IMG/VR virus record: IMGVR_UViG_3300025392_000121
Location: 1-24,855 of that record
From: a virus
Lineage: Duplodnaviria; Caudoviricetes
DNA length: 24,855 nucleotides
Reading direction: 5' to 3' (one strand)
Part shown: positions 6,176-14,700 of the stretch, in pieces
Position numbering within the stretch: position 1 is the first letter of the stretch
How the letters are laid out: each line of letters begins with the position of its first letter
Notes under the pieces: generated by a model
The model's input: only the letters and a program-made list of their open reading frames with translations
Databases searched by the model: none
What the model was told of the DNA's origin: nothing
Program-made: the position numbers and the translations under genes

Positions 6176-7381
6176 TTAGACTATCAGCAGGTCAGTCCAT
6201 CCTCGGGTTCCGACTCCGGAGCCTACGAGGACGGTAACCATACCGGCAGGGGAAGAGGAGCCAGAGGTCGAGGTGAACCACTTCGAGCCTCCGTCCATAG
6301 CCGGGACTTGTACGACCGTTCGGCCGGTTCCCTCGGACACAACGAAGTGATGAAAGTGGCCGGAGAAGAGAATCTCCGCGTCCGCGACTCCGGTTCTTCC
6401 GAGAGCCTGACCCTTCCACCAGCCTTCTAACTTCGCTTGCGAGTTCGTCCCGGAGCGGAGTTGATGTCCGTGTATGAACCCGACCGGGATTCCTCCGAGG
6501 TCGAGAGTCATCGAGAGGTCGTCCGCGTTAAGCGCGTTAAGCGGAATCGAGACGTTCGCGTAACGCTCCGGGTTAACCGAGATAATGTCCGAGACCGCCT
6601 CGAACGCCGCATAGTCGCGGTTATCGAGCCAGTCGGTAAAGGCCTTACCTCCGCGACGATTCTCTCCGTGATTACCCGGGACTCCCATAGCGACGATTCG
6701 CTCCGCGCCAGCGTCGACGAACGCGTCGATAGCGGAGAGGATTAGTCGACGAGCGAGCCGGTCTTGCTCCCTATCCGATAGGTCTGCTTGGAACGTCTGT
6801 TGCGCGTAGAAGTCGGCACAGCCCTCAACTAAGTCACCGAGTCCGATTAGGTAGACGACCGAGGCCTTGCCCTCCTTACGAAGTTGCTTGTATCTCGCGA
6901 CGGCCGAACTAAACGCGGAACGGATTCTCTCGACCGTAGCCTCGGAGCCTCCTCCTTCGGACTTACCTAACTGCCAATCGCTTGCGAGGACTAGGAAGAC
7001 TCCCTTCGGAGTATCTACCGGAATCGTCTTCGACGGAATCTTCTTCTCCGCTAACTTACAGAGCGCGTCGATATCCGCGTGGTCTGCGAAGTTCGTCCGA
7101 GGCTTAATCGTCGCTCGGTAATACTTCATCCGGACTGACTCTCCGTTAAGCATTGAGTCCCACGCGCGAATCTGTAGCGAACCGTCTACGACTTCGGTTC
7201 GACTCGGGTCGAGTCCCCAATCGGAGATAAGTTGCTCCCAGATAGCGTCGTCGGGTTCCGACGCGAGTGGCCCGGTAGTTATCGTTCCCTTACTTCCGTC
7301 CCATTGTAAAGACGGTTCCCAACCGCTCGGATGGTCGGAAGAGTGTCGACGCTTGCGCTCGAAGTCGCTTAGGTCAACCAC
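6176..7381 (-). CDS. Calcineurin-like metallophosphoesterase (Mre11/SbcD-like fold)
   Basis: SDWQ, GDLVEG, GNHGE, HGH, GHFHH motifs. Confidence 0.9.
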   Translation of the reverse strand: MVDLSDFERKRRHSSDHPSGWEPSLQWDGSKGTITTGPLASEPDDAIWEQLISDWGLDPSRTEVVDGSLQIRAWDSMLNGESVRMKYYRATIKPRTNFADHADIDALCKLAEKKIPSKTIPVDTPKGVFLVLASDWQLGKSEGGGSEATVERIRSAFSSAVARYKQLRKEGKASVVYLIGLGDLVEGCADFYAQQTFQADLSDREQDRLARRLILSAIDAFVDAGAERIVAMGVPGNHGENRRGGKAFTDWLDNRDYAAFEAVSDIISVNPERYANVSIPLNALNADDLSMTLDLGGIPVGFIHGHQLRSGTNSQAKLEGWWKGQALGRTGVADAEILFSGHFHHFVVSEGTGRTVVQVPAMDGGSKWFTSTSGSSSPAGMVTVLVGSGVGTRGWTDLLIV

Positions 7382-7610
7382 GACAGGTACACGTCCTATT
7401 GCGGTGACGGTATATCGAGTCTTGACTTATCTGATACTTATCCGATAGTCGCTCGTTAGCCCATCGAAGGATAACGCTCGTAGTAATCGACGGCTCATCT
7501 AATGCGGCCTCGAACTTCTCGCGCTCGTTCTCTCCTAGCGTCTCCGCCTTCTTTGCTACGACGCACTTGCGATTTGCGGCCTCGTAGAACTCCGTTAAGT
7601 CAACAGTCAT
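7374..7610 (-). CDS. Small protein with HTH-like segment and C...HR...CxC Zn ligands (78 aa; start revised)
   Basis: AGGAGAATAT-ATG at 7610; C-terminus ISQDSIYRHRNRTCTC. Confidence 0.72.
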   Translation of the reverse strand: MTVDLTEFYEAANRKCVVAKKAETLGENEREKFEAALDEPSITTSVILRWANERLSDKYQISQDSIYRHRNRTCTCRG

Positions 7611-7635
7611 ATATTCTCCTCTGGTACTGCCTCCG

Positions 7636-7644
7636 TTATCCACA
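7636..7644 (+). promoter_or_regulatory. Perfect DnaA-box consensus
   Basis: TTATCCACA directly downstream of the -10 element. Confidence 0.4.
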
Positions 7645-7672
7645 GCATAACCGGCAAGCGGTCGAGAGTCAA
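7644..7672 (-). promoter_or_regulatory. SigA-type promoter
   Basis: TTGACT-17nt-TATGCT. Confidence 0.78.
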
Positions 7673-8014
7673 CTATTGAATAGCAGTAATAGAGACGATT
7701 ACGGTTCCCTCTGCGACAACGGCAGTCTTCGTAGTATCGAGTCCGGAAGAGGGATAGCAACCCCAGACGTAGTTCCAAGTCCCGGCAAGGCCGGTCGTGC
7801 TTATATCCGCGTGGAATAATCCGGTTCCGTCATTAACGATTACCCCGGAGGTATCTCCGCTCGGGTTAGTCCAAGTATGAGTAACCGAGGTCTGTCCCTG
7901 AATCTGGTATGAGAAGTAAACGGTATCGGGATTAACGGCCGTCCCGGATAACGACGTGAACGGTTCGGTCGTATAGAACCTAACGGTCGTTCCTTCGGTG
8001 ATGTTATATGCCAC
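7673..8014 (-). CDS. Putative virion protein, Ig-like beta sandwich
   Basis: GT.VR, DGTGLFHADI, GTWNYVW pattern; in fibre cluster. Confidence 0.6.
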   Translation of the reverse strand: MAYNITEGTTVRFYTTEPFTSLSGTAVNPDTVYFSYQIQGQTSVTHTWTNPSGDTSGVIVNDGTGLFHADISTTGLAGTWNYVWGCYPSSGLDTTKTAVVAEGTVIVSITAIQ

Positions 8015-8016
8015 GA

Positions 8017-9354
8017 TTAAGCCTTCACTAGAATCTCGACGCTCGTCCCGAGAGTAGCGGTCGTCGTATCTCCGCTAACAGATGATACCGCAACCGAAGT
8101 ACGGACGGAAGGTACGGTCGTGTCGACCGATAACGTCGGACTCTTTACCGACGTACCGACGCGCGCGGACTTAGTCCCTACAGATACAGAGCCGGGAGCG
8201 GAGACGAAAACAACTAGACCAATAGCAGAAGACGTAAACGAACTAGCGGTAGAACCGGTTCCCGAGTAAACGAATGTGACGGTTCCTATTGCGTTTGACG
8301 AGAACTCTTCGCTTAACGCTCCTAGAGCGTACGCAACTACTTGCCCGATAGCGGAAGAAGAGAACTCGAACGAGGAGCGCGCGGTTCCGGGTTCGTCAAC
8401 TAATCCTGACGCGCTCGAAGAGAAGGTCGACGACGACGAGCCGGTTCCCGGATAGACGACGACTACGGTTCCGGCTCCCGAGGACGCAAACGAAGACGTA
8501 GAGGTTCCGGTAGCGGAGACGCTTACGGTTCCGGTAGATGACGAACTGAACGAAGAAGACGACGAGCCGGTAGCAGGTACGGATACGGTTCCGGTCGCCG
8601 TCGCGGAGAACGAGGACGACGTTGCTCCGGTTGCGTTAGTCGTAACGATTGCGGTTCCGCTCGACGAGAACGTCGAGGAGGTCGTTCCGGTTCCCGAGAT
8701 AGCGGATAACGGATTAAGAACGAACGCTATCGCTCCGTTAAGAACCTGCGTAGGAGACGAGCGCGGAGTTGTATACGTAACGCTCGTCTGCGTCGACGGT
8801 GCTACTAGATAGTCGATAACCGGAATACGAAAAGAGCCGAAGGAGGTCGCGAGGGTATCTGCCGTACCGTTCCACGTTCCGGTAGTCGTCGAGTAAGTGT
8901 AAGCACTAACCGCGCCAAGTAATAACTGACCTGCGGTATAGGAGACGGTCGTCGACGCGCTCGAGTTATTGGTCGTCGTAAAGATAATCGGACTGTTAGA
9001 CGCGATAGCGGAAGAAGTCGCAACTCCGCTAAAGACCGCTACCGCGTAACCTCCGGTAGTCGAAGGAGGAGTTCCCGAGCGTGTGATATTGCTTACTCCG
9101 GCAGAGCAGTTGGTAATAATCCAGACTGCATAACCGATTGAGGTAGAACTGTTTAAGGCGTAAGACGTGACCGTACCGCCGTGACCTGTCCAAGTTACGT
9201 TCGTGTTATTAGGAAGAGTCGAACTTCCGTTAGACCAGTTGGCAACCGTTGTCGAAACGACTACGACGATTGTGTCGCCAGCACTTGTAGTTCCGACCGG
9301 AAGGCTTGTCGCCGTCGCGGTCGTACCGTTCGTATATTTAAGAGTGATAGCCAT
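8017..9354 (-). CDS. Ser/Thr-rich fibre-like virion protein with ~20-aa repeats
   Basis: N-terminal beta domain (AGDTIVV / AGQLLL duplication), about 8 repeats of xTGxSSSxFSSSAxGxVxV, then 9-aa repeats. Confidence 0.7.
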   Translation of the reverse strand: MAITLKYTNGTTATATSLPVGTTSAGDTIVVVVSTTVANWSNGSSTLPNNTNVTWTGHGGTVTSYALNSSTSIGYAVWIITNCSAGVSNITRSGTPPSTTGGYAVAVFSGVATSSAIASNSPIIFTTTNNSSASTTVSYTAGQLLLGAVSAYTYSTTTGTWNGTADTLATSFGSFRIPVIDYLVAPSTQTSVTYTTPRSSPTQVLNGAIAFVLNPLSAISGTGTTSSTFSSSGTAIVTTNATGATSSSFSATATGTVSVPATGSSSSSFSSSSTGTVSVSATGTSTSSFASSGAGTVVVVYPGTGSSSSTFSSSASGLVDEPGTARSSFEFSSSAIGQVVAYALGALSEEFSSNAIGTVTFVYSGTGSTASSFTSSAIGLVVFVSAPGSVSVGTKSARVGTSVKSPTLSVDTTVPSVRTSVAVSSVSGDTTTATLGTSVEILVKA

Positions 9355-9366
9355 TAGTTAGGCCAC

Positions 9367-9432
9367 CTATTCGTCTTCGGGAAGAATAACCGTTCCCTCG
9401 GCCTGTGCCGAGAACTCGAGGTCGTCGCCCAT
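9367..9432 (-). CDS. 21-aa micro-ORF MGDDLEFSAQAEGTVILPEDE; not in ORF track
   Basis: TAATG-coupled to upstream gene, fills the gap, resembles the repeat unit of 8017..9354. Confidence 0.6.
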   Translation of the reverse strand: MGDDLEFSAQAEGTVILPEDE

Positions 9433-9806
9433 TAGGAGAGTGTGTTAGTTACAGCACCGATAGCGAACGCGACGGTCGAGCCAGCAGGGATAGAACCGCT
9501 AAGCCCAGAGGTCGCTCCTCCGCAGAGATAGGTTCCGCCGGTAGACGCGGTAAAGATTCCGAAGTAAGGAACGCCTGACGCTTCGAGCGGCATAGACGTA
9601 AAGTTCTGCGCGTTAGTCGAGGCCTGCGAACCTGCCGACGCGGAGCCGAACGTAATCGCTTGACGAGCGTACGAGCCTCCTGTTACTTCACCTGACGCTC
9701 CGGTAGTTCCCGGGTCGCTTGTAAAGAGCGCAAGGTAGTACGTAGTCGAAGGGACGTACATAGCGTTAAGTGCGGCATTTGCTTGTGCGGTAGTTAGACG
9801 TGCCAT
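9432..9806 (-). CDS. Small minor tail/fibre protein
   Basis: YLALFTSDPG..G..EVTGGSYARQAITF and FTASTGGT.L motifs seen in small phage structural proteins. Confidence 0.72.
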   Translation of the reverse strand: MARLTTAQANAALNAMYVPSTTYYLALFTSDPGTTGASGEVTGGSYARQAITFGSASAGSQASTNAQNFTSMPLEASGVPYFGIFTASTGGTYLCGGATSGLSGSIPAGSTVAFAIGAVTNTLS

Positions 9807-9825
9807 AAGGCTCCTATGTTAGCGG

Positions 9826-10290
9826 TTAGAACTCTTCATCATTGTAGAACCGGGACTCGATAACGTCGAGCCGGTCGAGAATCTCTTTAACGCGCTCGAG
9901 CGTGTCCTCGTCGATAGCGGTCGTCTCCGAGTGAGCCTTAGCGTCCGCCTTCTCGTATTTACGAATCTCGCGGATAACCATCGCGTCGCGTCGCGTCTGA
10001 CTAAACATAGCGATTCCGACTGTATTCTCGATAACGATTGCTAAATACGAGGCCGATAGATTCCACCAGAGGAGGACAGTCGGATTACCGAAGAGCCAAC
10101 AAGCGTAGGTAACTATCGAGAAGACGATTAGGAATGTCCAGCGACGGATTACGCCCTGAATCTTCCAAGAGATGTGTTCACCGCGCGTTAACTCGTCCCC
10201 GGTGTGAGGGTCGCGGTAACGCTTAATCTTCTTCCCGGAGTCCTTCGTGGAATCCAAGGTGTCTACTTTGTTCGAGCGAGAGAGTCTCAA
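9826..10290 (-). CDS. DUF1003-like membrane protein
   Basis: TRGEHIS..I....RWTFLI, WNL..SYLA, SQTRRD; start uncertain (TTG inside upstream gene). Confidence 0.65.
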   Translation of the reverse strand: MRLSRSNKVDTLDSTKDSGKKIKRYRDPHTGDELTRGEHISWKIQGVIRRWTFLIVFSIVTYACWLFGNPTVLLWWNLSASYLAIVIENTVGIAMFSQTRRDAMVIREIRKYEKADAKAHSETTAIDEDTLERVKEILDRLDVIESRFYNDEEF

Positions 10291-10480
10291 TGTTCTTATC
10301 TATTCGGTTAAATGATTCGTGTAGGTACTTAAGTTCTGATTCGATAGCGTCGAGCCGGGTATCTCGTTTACGCGACTTAGTTAAGACGCGGTGTACGAAC
10401 TGATAGGTTCCGAGAACCGCTCCGAGTACGACGACGACGGCTTCCGCGAGAACCCAGAATCCCGACGTGAAGATAGCCAT
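10223..10480 (-). CDS. Small membrane protein (one TM plus coiled coil), lysis-associated
   Basis: Hydrophobic N-terminus, heptad C-terminus, coupled to the hydrolase gene. Confidence 0.65.
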   Translation of the reverse strand: MAIFTSGFWVLAEAVVVVLGAVLGTYQFVHRVLTKSRKRDTRLDAIESELKYLHESFNRIDKNIETLSLEQSRHLGFHEGLREED

Positions 10481-11112
10481 TAGGCCTTCTTGGGAGTCTT
10501 AGGTGTCTTAGTACCGGAGACGGCCGCAGGAGCCGTTATAGGGGCTTTAGGAGCCTCTGTAGTGAACGTGGGGACGTGAACCGGAAGGACGCTCATCGTA
10601 GGGAATCGGAGGAACGTCTGTGGCTCTCGTCCGTCGTGTCCAAATCCTCGAGCCGGAGCCTTCGGAGCGTTAACCCAGACGTAGGAGGGGTCGCCTTGCT
10701 GACCGTGACTAATCGTAAGAATGTCGGCTCCGTCGACCTCGACTACGAGCGCGGTGTGCCAGCCGGTTCCGGGACCATATACGACAACGTCGCCGGGAAT
10801 AACGTCCTTCGCCTGAATGTGCTTACCGGTCGAGAGAAGGGTTCCGGTGTAGCCTTCGTGGTCGTAGTGACGGCCGTTCGGGTCGGGTGCGCCAGCGAAG
10901 TTGTAGCAGAGCGTTACGAACGCGGAGCAGTCTGCGGTAATCGGGAGAACGTTCGCGTGACCGATATCGGCCATACGTTGCGCTCCTTCGGTATAGGTGA
11001 ACTTAGCGCGATTTGCGACTCCCCACTTAGCCCACTCGACGATAATGTTACGAACGTCGACGCTCGCGTGAATAGGTTGAGTAACTGTCACGTTGATTCC
11101 TTTGCTCGGCAC
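10480..11112 (-). CDS. NlpC/P60 peptidoglycan hydrolase, probable endolysin
   Basis: DCSAFV, GYTGTL, PGDVVVYG, HTALV, ISHG; Pro/Ala/Lys-rich tail. Confidence 0.85.
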   Translation of the reverse strand: MPSKGINVTVTQPIHASVDVRNIIVEWAKWGVANRAKFTYTEGAQRMADIGHANVLPITADCSAFVTLCYNFAGAPDPNGRHYDHEGYTGTLLSTGKHIQAKDVIPGDVVVYGPGTGWHTALVVEVDGADILTISHGQQGDPSYVWVNAPKAPARGFGHDGREPQTFLRFPTMSVLPVHVPTFTTEAPKAPITAPAAVSGTKTPKTPKKA

Positions 11113-11126
11113 TTACTTCTATTGTA
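11113..11126 (-). promoter_or_regulatory. Putative -10 box for a near-leaderless endolysin transcript
   Basis: TACAAT 8 nt before GTG start; no SD and no canonical -35. Confidence 0.45.
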
Positions 11127-11153
11127 CCGACGTGACGTTGTCTTCGCTTAGGA

Positions 11154-11768
11154 CTAGATACTTCCGTTAGAAGTTCCGAGGTACTCAATCTGTACGAACG
11201 TTCCTGTCGTGAAGGCAGGTGTCGTAGAGCCGTTTAGCGTAGTAATCGTTGCGGAGGTTCCGATAGAGAAGACCATAGAGGTCGGGTACGCGCCGGTCGT
11301 ACCGTTCTTCGAGAACGTCCAGATGAATGAGGACGACGAGCCTTGATTCTGTGTGGAAGAACCTGTAGTACGAGGAGTCGCGAACGTCGCGTTATTAGCG
11401 GTCGCCCCGCCGGAGGTCGTACATATCATATTGAACGACGGAGGCGATGACTGCGAGCCCATTGTCGCAAACATCGTTACGCGATAGAGACCGTCTAGAG
11501 GAACGGTGAACGTTCCCGACGAGAGCGTTATAACTCCGGCAGGTGACGCAGGAGAGTTAGAGACGGTGGAGGTTGACGAGTTGAAGATTGTTGTCGCGGT
11601 CGCAACCGAAGAGAGGTTTGCGTTTAGGTACGCCATCATCCACGGCTTGGCGTAGAGAAGAGATAGGTTGTTAACCCAGTTGTTAACTACGGTCGACGTT
11701 AGAACTTCTCCAGAGTTAAGTTGCTGTGGCGTAATCCAACCGCTAAGGCCTGTAGGCGTATGTGGCAT
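11154..11768 (-). CDS. Minor tail protein with C1q/TNF-like C-terminal domain (candidate receptor-binding protein)
   Basis: GEVLTS...N anchor motif; GTFTVPLDGLYRV. Confidence 0.65.
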   Translation of the reverse strand: MPHTPTGLSGWITPQQLNSGEVLTSTVVNNWVNNLSLLYAKPWMMAYLNANLSSVATATTIFNSSTSTVSNSPASPAGVITLSSGTFTVPLDGLYRVTMFATMGSQSSPPSFNMICTTSGGATANNATFATPRTTGSSTQNQGSSSSFIWTFSKNGTTGAYPTSMVFSIGTSATITTLNGSTTPAFTTGTFVQIEYLGTSNGSI

Positions 11769-11777
11769 TATTGCTCC

Positions 11778-14700
11778 TTATAGAACTGCGTTGTTATTAC
11801 CCGAACCGGAGGCCGGGTCTACCTTGCCGTATGTCGGGTCGTCTAGTACCAAGAAATAATAACCGGCCTGTGCGAATCTTTGCGGATAAGGGTCGAGCGT
11901 ATATGACGTGTGCCAAGTTCCCGGGTCTGCCTTAAAGTCGTGAGAGACGTGTTCGATAACCATTCGTTGACTTATCGCTCCGTCCATAGGGAGTCCGGGA
12001 GCGTATGCGGCAAAGGCAAGTCCGGTCTGTCCCGAGGCCGTCGACGCGCTTGAGGCTCTGTAAACGTTAGAGCCGATTACGACATATATAGCGAGTCCGG
12101 TCGCTCCCGAAGGGGGAGTTCCGGTGTACGTAATCTTTACGCCTTGATTCGCTGTCGAGTTCGTAACGTAACCGGCCGCAAGAGGAGCGGTCTCTCCGGT
12201 AGGAGCGGTAAACGTTAGATAGACCGGAGAGACGTTAGTAGCCGGGACTCCCGAACCGGTCGTATCATTCGACGCGGTCGCGGTTACTCCGGTAATCGGC
12301 GCGCCCCACGCTCCGGGCTGATTACGAACGAAGAGAACCGTATCGTTAAGGTACGTCGTCGTAAGGCCAACTGAACCGTTTAACATCATTGGAAGTTGCG
12401 CTCCCTGATTAGTCTCCGCTAATAACTCAACGTTCTGTACGCGCGGAATCGGAGAGCCGTAAAGGTTGCCGAGGAATACCGCCGACTGATACGCCGCATC
12501 GTTCGTTAGGTGAACCGTCGAGCCTTTAGTAAGCGACGTATAACCGTAGATAGATTCGTTTGCGACGTTCTCATAAACTTGCTCTACTCCGTTCTGCGGA
12601 GTTATCTTTACGTTCGTCCAGAGGTCTGCGTCGTCGCGAGCGATAGATAGAGAAGACGGATTGTAATAAGACGCGCCCGACGTTACTTGGTCTGTCCATA
12701 CGTAGTAACCGGTAGGAGTTGCGACGCGTTGCGTGTTATAAATATCTCCTTGCGAGTCGAACTCGAACGTTCCGTCTGGCCCCTGAAAGAACGCTCCGAT
12801 ATCTGTATCGGTTACTTGCTGAATCAGGTCGAGAGCGGTCGAGCCGGTCGCGCTTGACTGTAGTCCCTGAACTAAGAACGAACCATTCGTAATATTCCCG
12901 ACGGTTCCTCCCGAGATAGTAAGAGTCCCGGTCGACGCAAACGTAAACGTCGTCGAAGATGGAATCGACGCGACGGTAGCGAATCCGTTGTAGTAAGACG
13001 CGCCGGAAGTAGTTCCTCCGGTCGCGAGTCCGGGACTAGACGTAACGGAGAGAACGAACGTCCACTTCGTAGAGGTAACGGACTGAACTACCCAAGTTCC
13101 GTTATAGGACGTAACGCTAGAACCGCTAATCGTTACCGGAGTTCCGACTGCGTAGCCGTGTGCCGCAGTCATAGTTACGGTCGCGGTTCCGACTACCGGT
13201 TGAGCCGTTCCTCCGGTTCCGGTTCCGGTTGAGCCACCTGTAACGACGAACTGCGTCGAACTTACGGAGTAAACGGTAAACGTTCCGTTTAAGAAACTTT
13301 GAGAGTTACCGGTAACTGTAACTTGCTGACCGACTGTTAAATAACTCGACGCGTTAGGAGCGGTATAGGTGTAGTAGCCACCTCCTCCGACTGCTGACGT
13401 GATAGAGAATGAGGAGCCTTCTGCTAAATAGCCCCAAGTGATGTTCGCGATACTTCCCGAGTAAGTCTGTCCGTAGATAAGTACGCGCTGGCCTACAGAC
13501 CAAGGAACGGAACTAACGGTCGCGGTCGCGGTCGAACCGGTTCCCGAGATATTCGTTATCGCAGTCGACGCGTTATAAGCGTTGTCGTTTACTTCGTATA
13601 AAGAGGTAGGGACTAGCGCACCGTTCGTAATCGTTCCCCAGCCAGCAAGAATAAGAATCTCCGCGATTCGGTCTCCCGATAGAGCGGTCTGCGACAACAT
13701 CTTCCCGGCTACCCAACGATTAAGTATGTTCGGATTATTAGAAGTCTGCGTAGCATTACCGATGACTACGTGATTTATATAAGCGGATAGACCGCCTACC
13801 GTAAGCGTATTCGCAATCGCTCCGATAGATAGAGGAAGAGTACCGGCTCCGGAACCTATAAGCGTGTACGTACCGTCGCAGTAAAGGTAGAAGTAGGTCG
13901 TTCCTCCGCTCGTATAAGAAGAGAATCCAATGTGATGCCACAGACCGTCGGAGACGACGATACCGGAGTGGTATACGGCGGCATTCGCTACTTGAGCCGC
14001 AACGACGAGTTCGCCAGAGGTCGCGACGTAGACGTTCCACGTCTGACTATTCCAAGACGCGCTAACTATTGACTGACCGTTAGTTTGCGCTCCGATAAAC
14101 CAGAAGTCAATCGAACCTCCCGAGGCCGAAGTCTGCGTATTACCGAACGGTTGGAAAGACGCGACGTTACTTGCGGTTCCTCCGTTAGTTAAGTCGAGAC
14201 AAGTGTCGTTCGAGTAAAGGAGAACTCCGCGTTGAGTGTTATTAGTCGCTCCGATAATGCTTCCGGTATTGCCGTTAAGAACGTCGGTCGCGCCGGTTCT
14301 ACCGAGCGTGTAGTAGTTCTGGTCGTAAGTATTAGTAACGAACTGCGAGTAGAAGTTCGGACGAGCCATATATTGGAGCGATAAAAACTGTGTATAGTCC
14401 GACGCAGTAATGACCATATCTTGATTAAGCGCGTCGATAACTCGTTCGTCCGCAGACTGAATAACTCCGAGGAAGATAGGGTAAGCGATTGCCGCAGTCG
14501 CGGTCGAGGTAGTTCCGGTATAGGAAGAGGAGACCGTAAACTGCGTCGACGTTGCGGACGCTACGGTAAAGACTCCGTTAAAGGCCGCAGTTGTCGCTCC
14601 ACTTACGATTACTTGCTGTCCTGCCGAGTAGGTATTAGCGCAGGTATAAGTAACAACGGAGCCGTTACCCGAGATAGCGGTTACGTTTAGTTGAGGCCAC

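Noticed and set aside
7611-7778. Upstream extensions in the ORF track (also 4023..4121, 6048..6062, 14967..14984, 20623..20658)
   Set aside because: Better starts with SD, coupling or a promoter lie downstream; the extensions overlap other genes or promoters
8200-8700. Periodic DNA resembling a CRISPR array
   Set aside because: Degenerate coding repeats without identical direct repeats or spacers
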